In this document: piece after piece, positions 14,001 through 27,078 of the stretch
Layout of the letters: every line of letters begins with the position of its first letter
Numbering within the stretch: position 1 is the first letter of the stretch
Assembly: GCA_002104905.1 (NCBI GenBank)
Contig: MCFE01000126.1
Location: forward strand, 62,001-126,000
Length of the DNA: 64,000 nucleotides
From: Basidiobolus meristosporus CBS 931.73
Taxonomy: Eukaryota > Fungi > Basidiobolomycota
Direction: 5' to 3'
Notes under the pieces: generated by a model
Told to the model about the DNA's origin: nothing
Databases searched by the model: none
The model's input: only the letters and a program-made list of their open reading frames with translations
Translations under genes and position numbers: made by a program

Positions 14001-17000
14001 ATGCAAAGTTGAGTTGTCTTAAAAGAGTTGTAGATGAATAGGGAGTTTAGCTACTGTTGTATTCACTAAGCTTGAGCTGACTTTTACTGAGGTTCCAGCA
14101 GCTCCATAAATACATTTTGCCAGATCAATTGTTGACTAATTGTTTTTCCTAATGTAGGCTGTGGCTAATGGCTTATTTGATTGCATCATCATTACCCAAT
14201 AAGAACCTGCTTAATATATCTATTTCTGTCTGATAAGGATCTGCTGATTTATTAGCTGACTAATGCTACTGATTTATAGATAGCACTGATATACTGATAG
14301 GCTAAACATATAACTCATTAATTTTACTAAATACTTACTTAACTTAAACATTCAAACAGTATATCATAATATTCTTCCCTACTAAAGTTGACAGTGTTCT
14401 CCTGAATCTCTTTTCTGGTGATAACAATATCTTAATGGTTGAGTATTGCTGGCAAGTCTTGCATGCTTAAGTATGTCTCTATGAACTAAATCTTCCCAGA
14501 TATTCCCTTGTTTGTCCACTTGTTGGTAAGCTACAAATGGACATTCTCTGATGATCTTAAAATGTCCTATACATTATGGCACAAACTAATTCCAGTGTTG
14601 TTTCTCAGCAATACAAAGTATCTACTGACAGCTTCATTTGCATACTTGGTTAGCATTTTTCCAAAAAATCCATTAAACCACTCAGCGACTCCATTAGTTT
14701 GAATGTGATATGCCAAGGTTTTTAAGTGTTTGATCTGCTTCATTTACAGGTAAGCTTCCAATGTCTTTGCCATAGAGTTTGCTCCTCTATTGAGTAAAAT
14801 CTCTACAGCTTATCCAAACTTGATAAGGATCTCATGGTAGATGAAGCTTGCAACTTCTTGTTCACTGGCTACAGGTACTGCTTTAGCCACTGGTCATTTA
14901 GTAGCATCATCAATTGCTACTAGGAACCAACAGTTGCATTCCTGGTGGTTGGCAGTCTTCCAATGAAGTTAATTCCCCATCTTTCAGATGGTCTTACAGG
15001 CTTCAAGAAAAAGAGTTTGGCAATTCTCTGTGGCTGGCCTTGGTGGATTTGGCAATTTGGGCATGTTTCTACTAGCTTCTCAATGTCTTGTGTCATTGTG
15101 GGCCACCATGCACTGGCTTTCACAAGGCTATAAGTTCCTTCAATTCCAAGATGTCCATATCTATTGTATAGCTTATGTATTAAATCCAGGCAAGCAACGT
15201 AAGGGCAATATGTAATAGGGCTTCCATCAAAAATTTGGTGGAGTGTTTCATCCTGTACCACAAATTTGCTGGCTTTATCCCAGATTATCTTCTATATCTC
15301 TTCATCCACATCATTAAGAATGCCTTGGTCCTCTAAGTACTTTGGTAATCTGCTAGGCCAATCTAATTCATGCACCAAGCTGAGTTGTGCAACTTGTGCT
15401 ATTCAGATAAGGCATCAGCAACCAAGTTGTATTTCCCAGGGCAGTAGACAATCTCCAATTCAAGTTGCTGAATGTATTCAATTCATATAGTCATTCTTCT
15501 GATGAGTACCTTCCAAGTAAATATATACTTCAGTGAGTTGTGATCAGTCTTCACTGTGCACTTGATTCCTTCAATGTATTATCTCCATGTCTTCAAGCAG
15601 TGCATTATGGCAAGCATCTCCTTTTCATGCACTGGATAGTTTGGTTCTGCTGAGTTCAGTTTCTTGCACACAAAAGCAACTGGGTAGTTCTTTCCCTCAT
15701 GTCCTTGGCTCAGTACTCTACCAATTGCATAGTCTGAAGCATCAGTGCACTGAGTAAACTCTTTTCTGAAGTCTGGGATTCTTAAGCTTGACAGCTTAGC
15801 AAGTCCAATCTTGAGCATCTAAAAGGTAGTCTCACAGGCTATGTACCACTTGATGGTGTTGTCTCTCTTGAGAATATCAGTTAAAGGGGCTACAATACTT
15901 GCAAAGGGCTTGACAAATTTCCAATAATAGGAGACCATTCCAAGGAATGATCTGAGTTCTGATATGCTATGGGGCTGCTTCAGATTCTTGATGACTTCAA
16001 TCTTCTTGGGGTCTAAGGTCACTTCTGTGCTAGTCACTATGTATTCCAGGTATTCAACTTGTTCCCTCAAGAATTCACACTTTGCTATCTTGCTATAGAG
16101 CTTGTTCACTCTTAGCTTCTTCACAACTTTTTCAATGTGCACCAAGTGTTCCTCTTCTGTCTTGCTGTATATCAATATGTGATATAGGTAACTTACCGCA
16201 ATCTTGTCAGTATTCCTGAAAGACTGTTTGCATCAAGGTCATGTGCATTGCAGGGGCATTGGTGAGGCCAAAACTCATGACTAGGTATTGTAATGTCCAT
16301 ATCTGGTCCTGAGTGCTGTCTTGGGGATGTCTTCTGGTTTCACCCAGTCTGGTTGTGTCCTGACATGAGGTCAATCTTGCTGAATATTGTGGCTCCATTG
16401 AGTTGGTCCAAAAGCTCATCACTCCAAAGTATGGGGTACTTATTCTTCACAGTGGCTGATTTGAGGGCTCTGTGGTCAATGCACATCCTAAGTGTTCCAT
16501 CCTTCTTTTTCACAAAAAGTACTGGTGCTCCCCAAGGTGCCTCTGCCTGGTGGTAGGCTTACAGGTTCATTCCAAAGTACCTCTGAATATTTCTTCAAAA
16601 GAGTCTGCACCTTCTGGGGTACTGGAGTAGAGGAATACTCCAGTATTACTGCCATGAGGAACATCTGGGTGTCTTTTCTAAGTGCTCTACAGAACTGTGT
16701 CTTGCTAAGTTCACTTGTTTCACACACACTGGGATTGACCAAGTTGAAATACAGTCTGGCAGGTAATAGATCATAAGTCTTGTTGTCCTTCTGGATCTGA
16801 GTAGTACAAGTTCTCCAGTTGATTGATGGATTACAACAAAATAGCCAGGTTTTTCTAAGTTCAGGGTCAAGCTTGCAGTTCCCAAATATATAGGCCTGTA
16901 GGTCTTCTTCATAGTCATTGATTTTCATTGTTACTGGCTGAGTAATACGGTTGATTATGTGAGAGTTCCCTTCAGCTGCTGAGACTGAAGTTGAGTTGGT

Positions 17001-18190
17001 GGTTCCAAGTTGATTCCAGCTTTCAGAGCAGATTTTTCTGACATTTACTCATGTTATGCTCATGAGTCAATCATGATCTTGGCAGGTACTTCATTGATTA
17101 CTCCATTCAAGTATAATAGCTTTCCTGAGCCTGAGGTCATCTGGGATAGGTGCTTGTCTGTCATATGGAAGGTCAGTTCTGAGTCTTCTTCAAGCTCATC
17201 CTCCATGTTACTATGCTCAAGGGCTTCAATATGGTTGAAGGTTCTTGATGGCTGGTGTCCATATCTTCTCTGAGGGCAGTACATTGCAATATGGCCTTGA
17301 TGGTGGTAATTAAAGCAAAGTCCTTTCTTCTTGCATTCTTCTGAGATAGGATTCTTCTGCACAGCATCTGTTTCCAGTGGCACTGCTTCTGATTTTCTTC
17401 TTTCATAGTGGTTGTAGCCTCTCTGATTAGTCATTGTGGGCTTTCCAGCTCCAAACATAGCAGAGTCATAGTCAATGGCAATCTTGAAGGCTTTTTCAAT
17501 AGTCTGAGGTCTTCAATAATTCACTTCCTTGCAAGTTCCTTCTTTCAACCCAGCAATAAAGTATTCAACTTTCTTCTTAGTAGTGTCTGCTGGTGTGTGG
17601 GTTCAAGAGCATTCTGAATTTCCAACACACACTCATCCCAGGTAGAGCTTGTAGAGTATCCCATCATGGGGGCTGACCTGATCTTGTTGTGGAATCACTG
17701 TAAAGCTGTATCTGCCAGGTAAGAGGCTGCATATTATAACTTGCTTTTGGGAGCAATTCCCTGTGCCTTGAAAACTTCTTCAATCACACAGAGCCAAGTT
17801 CCCAGGTTTTCATCAACTCTACCATGGTACCGGTTGACCTTCACACTACAGTTGCCCTTGACAGGGTTTTGCTGGTTCTGCGCCATGGTAGTCATTCCTT
17901 GTTACTGCTGACTAAGGATCTGGAGTAACTGTAGCAGTTGGGTAAGGACTTGCTGCATAGCATTCTTCCATTCTTGATTTTCTGATATCTTGGGGGAGGC
18001 TTCTTCTTTCTTCAGGAGAGAGGTTTCTGGTTATTGCTGCTACCAATGCTACAAGCCTTGGTATAAAAGCTGTAGAGCAATAGGAATTCTAGCAAATATT
18101 GTATTCACTAAAATTTAAACTGATTTTAAATGGGGTTCCAGCAGCTCCTTATATACATTTTGCCAGATCAATTGCTGATATAATATTATA
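14000..18190 (-). mobile_element. Degenerate Ty3/gypsy retrotransposon
   Basis: Minus strand: gag with CFNYHHQGHIAMYC knuckle and protease IMIDS (17060-17458), RT (FGLTNAPA, 15819-16550), RNase H (TDASDYAIG, EKEMLAI; 15579-15818), integrase (14920-15261). PBS-like sequence at ~18035-18045; homologous LTR pieces at ~14000-14368 and ~18047-18190. Boundaries approximate. Confidence 0.88.
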
Positions 18191-19839
18191 TATGATTTCA
18201 TCTACACCATCAATGAAGATGAGTCCAAGCAAAACAATGAGTTATTTTTACTCCAGAGGAATCTGCAACTATGATTTCACCTGCATTGGTGCCTAGGAGT
18301 ACTCTAGAAGTGACAACTCAGTCTAGCAAGCCAGGTAATCTAACCATACCAGGAATTGCCAAGACTATTATTTGAGTAGGATACAAACTTAGTCTAAGCC
18401 TATCAAATCCATATTGATCAGTTCCTGACTACAAAAGAGGCCCTGAAAATCCCTCAGTCAAATTTTTGGAGATTTGCAATGCCTAAGGAGTCTCAGGCTC
18501 CAATTTGAAAGTCAAACTTGGAACCTAATCAAATCACAAATCAACTAAAAATCAATTGGATGTTGATGGTTTTTAGAGCAAGATACAAATCTTATGGTAA
18601 GGCTAAAAGATACAAATAAAGACTTGTGGCCAAAGGATACTCTTGAACTAAAGAAATTGACTATACTGCAATCCTTGTACCAAGAGCCAAGCTTAATATC
18701 ATCAGACTGACATTGGCTATAGCGGCCACAGATTAGTTTTATTGCATAAAACTGATTGGAAACTTCATTTTTGAATGGGGAACTTGATGGGACTGTATAC
18801 ATCAATAAGCCTGATGGTTTTGTTGGCCAAGATAATTCCATTGGGTCTGCAAGCATAATGAGTATCTATTTGGTCTGAAACATTCACCAAGAGCCAGGAA
18901 TTGCAAGATAAATTCCTATTTGGAATCTTTGAGCTTTCAGGAAAGTACTGCTAACCATAGTATTAACCATGAGCTAGATAGAGCAGGTTCAGCTCCATTA
19001 GCACTATATGTGGATGATCTTATAAGAGGTGCCAATAAACAAGAAAGATTGAAAGATACTCTTTCCAGCCAGTCTAAGGAGTTCACGATGTACCAAAGAA
19101 GTAACAAATGGATGACTACAAACTGGCAGCCATGCCAAAAATAATTATATACTAATATAAGTTTGACAGTCTTATGTATATCACGCTTAGAATACACCCA
19201 GGTAGCTTGTATTCAGTGAAAGCTGATGGCCTGCATAATCAGAGCTTTGGATCTGAACATATTGCAGGCTTAAAGCAGATTTTTAGATACCTAATGTGAG
19301 CTGCTTACAGTAACTTAAGAAATGCCTATAGAGACCTAAAACAAGATTTTTGGGATATTCTGATGCTGATTGGGTATAAAACTCATAGAAAAGATGATCC
19401 ACCACCAGTTACACCTTTCTCTACAGTAAAGCAGCAATTTCATGGAATTCAAGAAAGACACCAACTGTAGCACTTTCCACCACAGAGACAGAGTATATGG
19501 CATCTTGGAAAGCTACCAAATAAGCAGTGCGGCTAGGAAAGCTTTTTAAAGAATTAGGCTTAGTTCAAGAAGTGCTTATTACCTTATCTCAAGATTATTG
19601 TGGATACACATATTAGGTAGAAATCACACTTTACTTGCTAGAGACAAGCACATTGGTATTAGACATCATTTCCCTGGTAAAGCAGCAGAAAATATCTTAG
19701 CTAGTATAGCTTACTGTCCTACACATGCAATGATTGCAGACATATTAGCCAAACCATTAGCTAGAGACAAACTTGAATACATTAGCACAAAATCAAGTTT
19801 AGTTAGTACAAGCATTTAGTTGGGTGGGAGTGTTATAAA

Positions 19840-22435
19840 TGTTGTAAAAATTTGTATTTCCACCTAAATATTCACCTAACTTAGTCACTTAGATCATCAC
19901 TTTCAAATCCTAGAGAATACTGACCAAATTCCTTGTTGGGATTTACTTGGAATATTTTCACCAAAATACCAGGTACCCAGAACATGATAATTCTCAAAGT
20001 TGTCCAAACAGCCCCAAACTTTGCACACATGCTCTTGGGACCTTCCTTAACCTATTCTACGTGTTTGTAATGCCATGACCAGGTAAAAGTATAAATACTA
20101 CTTTTACATTCAATAAATCATTAAGTGAAAACCACATAATCTACTTGTGCTCCAAATCACTTCCAATATCTCCAAGACTCTTACAACAGGTTATGAGCCC
20201 CGAGCTGTCACTCTCTGCAATGTCAACTACTGCTATTACCGGAATTTTTCCCTCTGCTGAAAAGTTGGATGGATCTAACTACCAAGTGTGGAAGGTGAAG
20301 ATGAAGATGCTGCTACAAGAAAGAGGCCTTTGGGATATTGTCATAGGGGAAGAATGCCCTCCTAAAAACATGGGAGAGGAAGCCTTAAAGTACCAGAAGA
20401 AAGAACAAAGTGCCTTTAACTGCATTTGCCTTAATGTCAAGGACAAATTGCTAATTCAATGAGGGTACAAACTTAGCCTATGCCTATTCAGTCCATATTG
20501 ATGAACCCCAGACTGTAAAAGAGGCCCCAAATAGCCCTCAGACAAAGTTTTGGAGATCTGCAATGACTGAGGAATATCAGGCCCTGATGGAAAATCAAAC
20601 TTGGGACTTAATCAAATTACCAATCAACCAAAAATCAAATGGATGCAGATGGGTCTTCAAGACAAAGTACAAGGCTGATGGTACAATTGAAAGATACAAA
20701 GCTAGACTTGTAACCAAAGGATACTCTCAAACAAAAAGGACTTGACTATACTGAGACCTTTGCACCGGTAGCCAAGTTTAATTCCATCAGATTAATATTG
20801 GCTATTGCAGCCAAATATAAGTTTTTTACTCATCAAATGGATGTAAAAACTGCATTTTTGAATGGAGAACTTGATGAGGACATGTATATGGACCAGCCTG
20901 ATGGGTCTGTTGACCAAGATAACCCCCATTTGATCTGCAAGCTTAAAAAGTTACTATATGGTCTCAAACAATCACCAAGAGCCTGGAATTGCAAGATAGA
21001 TTCTTGTTTGGAATCTTTGAGTCTCAAAAAGAGTAATGCTGACTATAGTATATACCATAAGCCAGATAGAGCAAATCCAGTTCTATTAGCTCTATATGTG
21101 GATGATCTTATTATAGCCCCCAATAACCTAGAAACATTGGAAGAGACTAAATCCAGCCTATCTAAGGAGCTCAAGATGTCCAATCTAGGAGAACTTAGTT
21201 ACTACTTAGGGATTAAGTTCTCTGTAGACAGAAGTACCCAGACTATTACCCTAAGCCAATCCAAGTATATTCAAGATATACTAAAGAAGTACAAAATGGA
21301 AGACTGTAAACCGGCAGCTACCCCAATGGAGACAAACCTTAACTTGGTCAAAACTCAACCAAACCAAGAGAGCTTAGTGCCATCTGAAAGCCCTGACTTT
21401 CCTTATCAATCTATGATCAGCAGTCTGATGTATATCATGCTTGGAACACGTCCAGATATCTCATATTCAGTGGGAGTTGTCAGCCAACATAATCAGAATT
21501 ATGGATCTGATCATATTGCAGCAGTTAAGCAGATTTTTAGATACCTAAAAGGAACTGCTGATATCTGCTTAAGATATACTTATAAGGATTCAGAACAGGA
21601 TCTTGTGGGATACTCTGATGCTGATTGGGGACAAAATTTAGAAGACAGAAGATCCACCACAAGATACACCTTTCTTTACTGTAAAGGAGCAATATCATGG
21701 AATTCAAGAAAGCAACCAACCATAGCACTTTCCACCACAGAGGCAGAGTATATGGCAGCCTGTGAAGCTACAAAAGAAGCAATGTGGTTAAGAAAGCTGT
21801 TTACAGATTTAGGCCTATGTCAAAAAACGCCTATTACTTTATTTCAAGATAATCAAGGATGTATACAATTAGGTAGAAATCCAACTTTTCATGCTAGAAC
21901 CATGCACATAGATATTAGACATCATTTCATACGTGAAGCTATAGACAATAACTTAGTTAGCTTAGTTTACTGTCCTACAGATGAAATGATTGCAGACATA
22001 TTTACCAAACCATTAGCTAGAGACAAGTTTGAATATCTTAGGTCAAAATTAGAACTAGTCAGTATGAACATTGAGCTGAGTGGGAGTGTTGTAAAAATTT
22101 GTATTTCCACCTAAATATTCACCTAACTTAGTCACTTAGATCATCACCTTCAAATCCTAGAGAATACTGACCAAATTCCTTGTTGGGATTTACTTGGAAT
22201 ATTTTCACCAAAATACCAGGTACCCAGAACATGATAATTCTCAAAGTTGTCCAAACAGCCCCAAACTTTGCACACATGTTCTTGGGACCTTCCTTAACCT
22301 ATTCTACGTGTTTGTAATGCCAAGACCAGGTAAAAGTATAAATACTACTTTTACATTCAATAAATCATTAAGTGAAAACCACATACTCTACTTGTTCTCC
22401 AAATCACTTCCAATATCTCCAAGACTCTTACAACA
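19840..22435 (+). mobile_element. Young, internally deleted copia-A element (2596 bp) with ATAAA TSD
   Basis: LTRs 19840-20188 and 22087-22435 (349 bp each, 5 differences by eye); TSD ATAAA at 19835-19839 and 22436-22440; PBS GGTTATGAGCCC 20189-20200; PPT before 22087. A gag stub is fused at ~20461 to the pre-RT spacer. Confidence 0.95.
20563..22114 (+). pseudogene. Copia reverse transcriptase-RNase H, one frameshift near the N-terminus
   Basis: ORFs 20563-20745 and 20798-22114 (HQMDVKTAFLNG, LYGLKQSPR, LYVDDLII, GYSDADWG, ADIFTKPL). An extra A in an A-run near 20735 relative to the paralog at 42874-43170. Confidence 0.9.
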
Positions 22436-23329
22436 ATAAAGGCTTGTAATTACACCTAAATAATCACCTAACTTAGTCACTAAGACTATTACCTACAAAT
22501 CATAGCAAATACTGATCGAATACCATGTTGGGATTTACCCAGAATATTTTCACCAAAACATCTCATGCCTAAATCATGAAATTCTCAAAGTTGTCCAAAT
22601 GGCTCCAAACTCCATACATGCTTTTAGGACTTCTGAGAGACTTTCTGCATATCTGTTATGCCATGTTTGTATACAAGCATGATCTTTACTTTCACATTCA
22701 ATATATCATTATATAAAACTACATTTTCTAATTGTTCTCCAGGTTTCTTTCCAGAACTCCAAGACTATCACAAGACTTATAAGGCAAATTTCACTTACAG
22801 AATAGAGTGAATCTCTATTCTGCAAATATATTAGGATAAGGCAAAGTTTCTGTATTAGTCCAAATCAGTAGAAGTACTGTTAGAATTGCCACCAAACAGC
22901 TTATGGTATTGTCCAATACCAAACTGGGTAAAGAAGGAAGTAAATGGACTTTGAATCTACTGCTAAACAGGTACTCAGTTCAGAAGAAATTAGTCTAGCG
23001 TAAGGAAGATATGGATGCCTGCTCTAGATTACTTTGGAGGATTGTACTCTAAGCAAATATGGCTCAGGTGCAAGTAGGCTATGCTTGCTCAAAGCTGAGT
23101 AAAAGCTTTTTTTGACCATATTTTATATGTTACAATGCCACAAAATGGAGAAACTCTAGACCAGATGTAATAACAAAACCTAACTTGCCGCAAAGTAGGT
23201 CCCCAATTCTTATAAAATTTGAAGACTACATGATGGAGGTATCAGTCCCTGAGCCTAATGTGGACATAGAGTGAATCTTTTACAAATATTTTACTGTTGC
23301 TTGACAATAAGAACCCTCCAGATCTTCTA

Positions 23330-24650
23330 TAAATGATAAAGCTTCAACTGGGCTCAAGGTAGTTTGATAATTTTTACCTCATATAGAGTCTATATGATGA
23401 AAGTAGCTGTCCTTGAACCTGATATCTTGAGCAGGGGAGTCATCTTGGACCACCAGAAGTCTCTGGTGATTGTATTTATGGTTTTGGCAGTACCAAAGTG
23501 TCCTGCAGCCATTGAATCATGGCAAGAATGGATGATATCCATTTGGATAGCAACATCTGGGGCAAATAGTTGGTTCTTGTGGTAGATGATATCATTGATT
23601 AGATGTAGGCTCTGGAGGTATGGGTACTTGGGTAGTGGATCAGCCAAAGACTTGAGATATTTATTTATTGTTAAGGCTGTGAATTTGGTAGCTTGACAGG
23701 TTTTGACATTCTCAAGAGGCAAGGGGGCAATAACTATGGAGGACTAGGTTGCAAGGAGCTCAAGGTGCTCTTGTTGAGTACATGGGTTCTCATCTGTCAA
23801 CACTGATCATCCCCTTCTTCAAGGGAGTACTCTATCTTTCTGGACAAAGCATTTGATTTTCCTTGTTTACACCTAGTCTATGAGTGGCAACAAAGTCAAA
23901 GCTGAGCTGGCCATCTGGCTTGTTGGCAGTTTAGCACCATTGAGGTTGTAAGATACCAAAGGCTCGACTGGTCACAAAAGATCTCCAACTTCTGGTCTGC
24001 ACCATCAAGGTAGTGTCTCTATTGATCAAAGTCAACAATGTGTGATACATTCTGGTCATCATACTGGGAAAGAAGAACACATAAGGCAAAGTCAGAGTCA
24101 TCAGTTTCTATGCAGATAGATTTATCAAGGTTGCAGTCAGCAAACAAGAGGGCTCATAGGATAAATATTATGATAGAATTGAATGACTCAGACTGTTCAT
24201 CATTCCAGGCAAAGAGTAGGCTCTTCTGGGTGAGCACTGTCAAGGGAGTGAGTAGTTAGCAATAGGTCTATGGTAAAAGTTATTTTTGGTTGGACTTGCA
24301 TCTCACCAATATGGCATAGAGGTCATAAGTGTCCAGCTTAGTCAAGACTGTCTTCACATGAGGATTGTGTACTTTTTGAGTCTTGAAGCATATCAAGAAG
24401 TTATCAAAGTAGATAGCCATATATGGGTCAAGGTATTTGCGGAATATATCATTCATTAGGTGGAGGGAGACAGCTGGGGCATTGGTGAGACCTAATGGCA
24501 TAAGTTTATACTCACAGTAGCCATATCTGGTTACAAAACATCTTTGTCATTCATTGCAAGGCTTGATTCTGACAGGGTTGTATACTCCTCTGAGGTCTGC
24601 TTCAGTAAACACTTTGGCAGCAGATAGTTGAACCAACAGAGTCATGAGTA
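23330..24650 (-). mobile_element. Ty3/gypsy pol fragment
   Basis: RT (MPLGLTNAPA, 24280-24501), RNase H remnants, and integrase zinc-binding region (CHDSMAAGHFG..KT, 23390-23722). Confidence 0.82.
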
Positions 24651-24659
24651 GGGGCAAAG

Positions 24660-26250
24660 AGTACAAATTCTTGACAGTATATGGCCATCATGACATCATC
24701 ACCCCAATAGTGATAAGTAGGCCACCAACCTATACTAAGGCTTTAATAAGGCAATTTGATGCAGTGGCTAATACAATAGATGCAATGGCACAGAGTCATC
24801 AGGAGGCTGTCCAGAGTCAGGTTCAGCAGATAATACATGTTAGGCAATACTTATACTAGGTGAAGAGTGAAATATCTTTGCTGCAAAGCTGTAACTCAAA
24901 CAGCTTTGTGTCACCACCAAGAATTGAACCATTTCCTGAGGTAACAGGAGGGAAACATTGTCAAGCCACTGAAGCAAAAAAACAGTGCCAAATGATAGAG
25001 CCCACAGAAATGTATTTTACAGCTTGGGAGGGACTGACTATGGCATTTATACCAAGGATCAAGAATCCAAGGACACTGATGATCTAATAAGTTCTCAAGT
25101 GCAATGATGAAAATATTGTAATATTCAAGAAGCTGTAAGAAGCCTAATATGCCTTCACCTTTTGGCTTGCATATGAAGCAACCATCATGAATACAGAGCC
25201 AAGCAGAATGTGCTTAACCTGTCTCAAGAGTATTATGCTGAATTCAAACAAGCAATTGAATAACAAGCAAGCAGAGTATGCTAAGAAAGAATCTCAAGTA
25301 TGGCCAACTCTATCACAGGCAGGAGGACAAGGGTGACATGGCTCAAAAACATTAGCTTCCTCTAGAGCCTGATACAATCAGGGCTAAATACTCTAATTAA
25401 GCAGTTTAGATATGCTAGTTTGTTGGGAGAGTGCCACTGAGCAACAAGCAGGCAAAGGTAAATGTACTAATGACACATATATCAAGGAGAAAATGCAGTT
25501 CAACAAAAGTGGCACTCAGGCTAGTTAGCAATGAAAGGCCTGGTAGTGATCAAACAAAAGGTAGGAAAAAAGGTCTACCCCTGAAGTATAGTCCTAAAAT
25601 TTCAACATATAGCTACCAATGCTTTGAATATACTCTAGGTAGAGATTTCCTCAGAGGGTCAATTGAATAATGTAATTGAAGTAAGAAGAGATTATTTGAT
25701 CAGGTATTGAAGCAAGGATACATCAGACCCAGTAGGTAACCATGGCAGCACTGGTATTGTTTATGAACAAAAACAATAGAACACTTTAGATATGTGTTAA
25801 CTACAGAGCTCATAACTTAGTTACTGTGAGGAGTAAGTATTTCTTACCTTGGATGGATGAGCTTTGGACTAACTCAATGGAACCACCCTTATTCAGCAAG
25901 ATTGAACATATTGAGACTACATCCTGATTAGTGTCAAGTAGGAAGATGTCCCCACAGCAGCATTCAGCGCCAGGTGTTTGCAGTACAAGTAATAATTCAT
26001 GAAGTTTGGCTATACTAATGCCCTGTCTCATATGAGTCCTTGATGCAGACCATATTACAAGAATACTTTGGCAGGTTTGTGGTAGTCAACCTAGATGATA
26101 TAAAACTAAATAGAAGACAGATGATGCTGCACATTAGGAAGGTCTTCAAGTTGGTAAGAGACCACTGGCTTTATGATAGGTTAGCAAAGTTCAAGCTCTG
26201 CAAAACTATTGGTGCAATGATTGCAGTATAGTCAAGTTTACTATTTGGAT
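24660..26250 (+). mobile_element. Ty3/gypsy gag-RT remnant, opposite orientation to the previous fragment
   Basis: Plus-strand RT remnants at ~25800-26230 (KYFLPWMDEL, FVVVNLDDI). The upstream part is poorly resolved. Confidence 0.6.
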
Positions 26251-26479
26251 CTTCTACCTATAGATACTGAATTGATTACTTCTAAGATAGATCTAGGCAA
26301 TTGTTTGTTCTGAACTCAGTGTGTCCCTTGGCCTGCACATGTCTAAGTGCAATATAATCAATATGTTGGGAGTATTGATGCCCTCTATACATTTGTGTCA
26401 TTACCTAGCTTGTTTGACAAATAAATACCTCAGACAGGCAATCAACATTAATGGAACTAATGTTGTGATCTGCTGCTTA

Positions 26480-26760
26480 AATGTTAAAGTTTGATCAGTT
26501 TGTTGTCAAATCAATTAGTTTAATGCATACAAAATTGGTGTATAAGTATTATCTATACAATCAGTAGTGTTTGACATAAATTAAATCAGCTGATACTTAT
26601 TAGACAAAACAAAGTATATTTAGTAAGATCTAATACATGATGATGATACAATTAAATGCCTTACCAGGTTCAACCTACATTAGGAAATGCAACTAGTCAC
26701 CAATTGCTCTGGCAAAATATTTACAAGAAGCCGCTGGAAACACATTGAACACAACATCTG
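26480..26760 (+). repeat. Gypsy-LTR-like repeat (further copy at ~27820-27990)
   Basis: Matches the reverse complement of ~14170-14330 (e.g. CTTATTAGACAG, AGTAAGATCTAAT, TATCAGTATATCAG). Boundaries approximate. Confidence 0.55.
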
Positions 26761-27078
26761 CATTTTATTACTTACATTTGATTGGTTATGTAATTCAGTT
26801 CTTAGCTTGACTTTCCATCCAAGCCTGACATTGCTGAGTCATGGTAAATATTCAAGAATTTGGCGGAGGGCTATTTTGGAGCATTTTCAGCTTCTGGTCA
26901 TCCATAATATGGCATTGTCTTGTTACAAAGCTTGTGTTGGCACCTAGAGAGTGATCAACAATGGTCAATTAGACCAGAACCTATATCTCCCAGAGAATCT
27001 GAACAAATACTTGCTGAAGTGGACTTGAAAAATTGCACAACTCTGAACAAATTCTCTTGTGACCTTCCCAAGGTCATT

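Larger units (their letters stand above)
18330..22772 (+). mobile_element. Old copia-A 3' half whose LTR (19831-19839 + 22441-22772) is split by a younger insertion
   Basis: Decayed RT/RNase H at 18500-19810 (ADILAKPL), PPT TGGGTGGGAG 19821-19830. The LTR start TGTTATAAA continues after 22440 as GGCTTGTAATTACACC, colinear with other copia-A LTRs. Confidence 0.8.

Noticed and set aside
14370-14520. Chromodomain in the gypsy element
   Set aside because: Too decayed to support one.
20725-20800. Programmed frameshift in copia RT
   Set aside because: The two young copies shift at different homopolymers (~20735 and ~42880), which indicates independent indels or sequencing errors.
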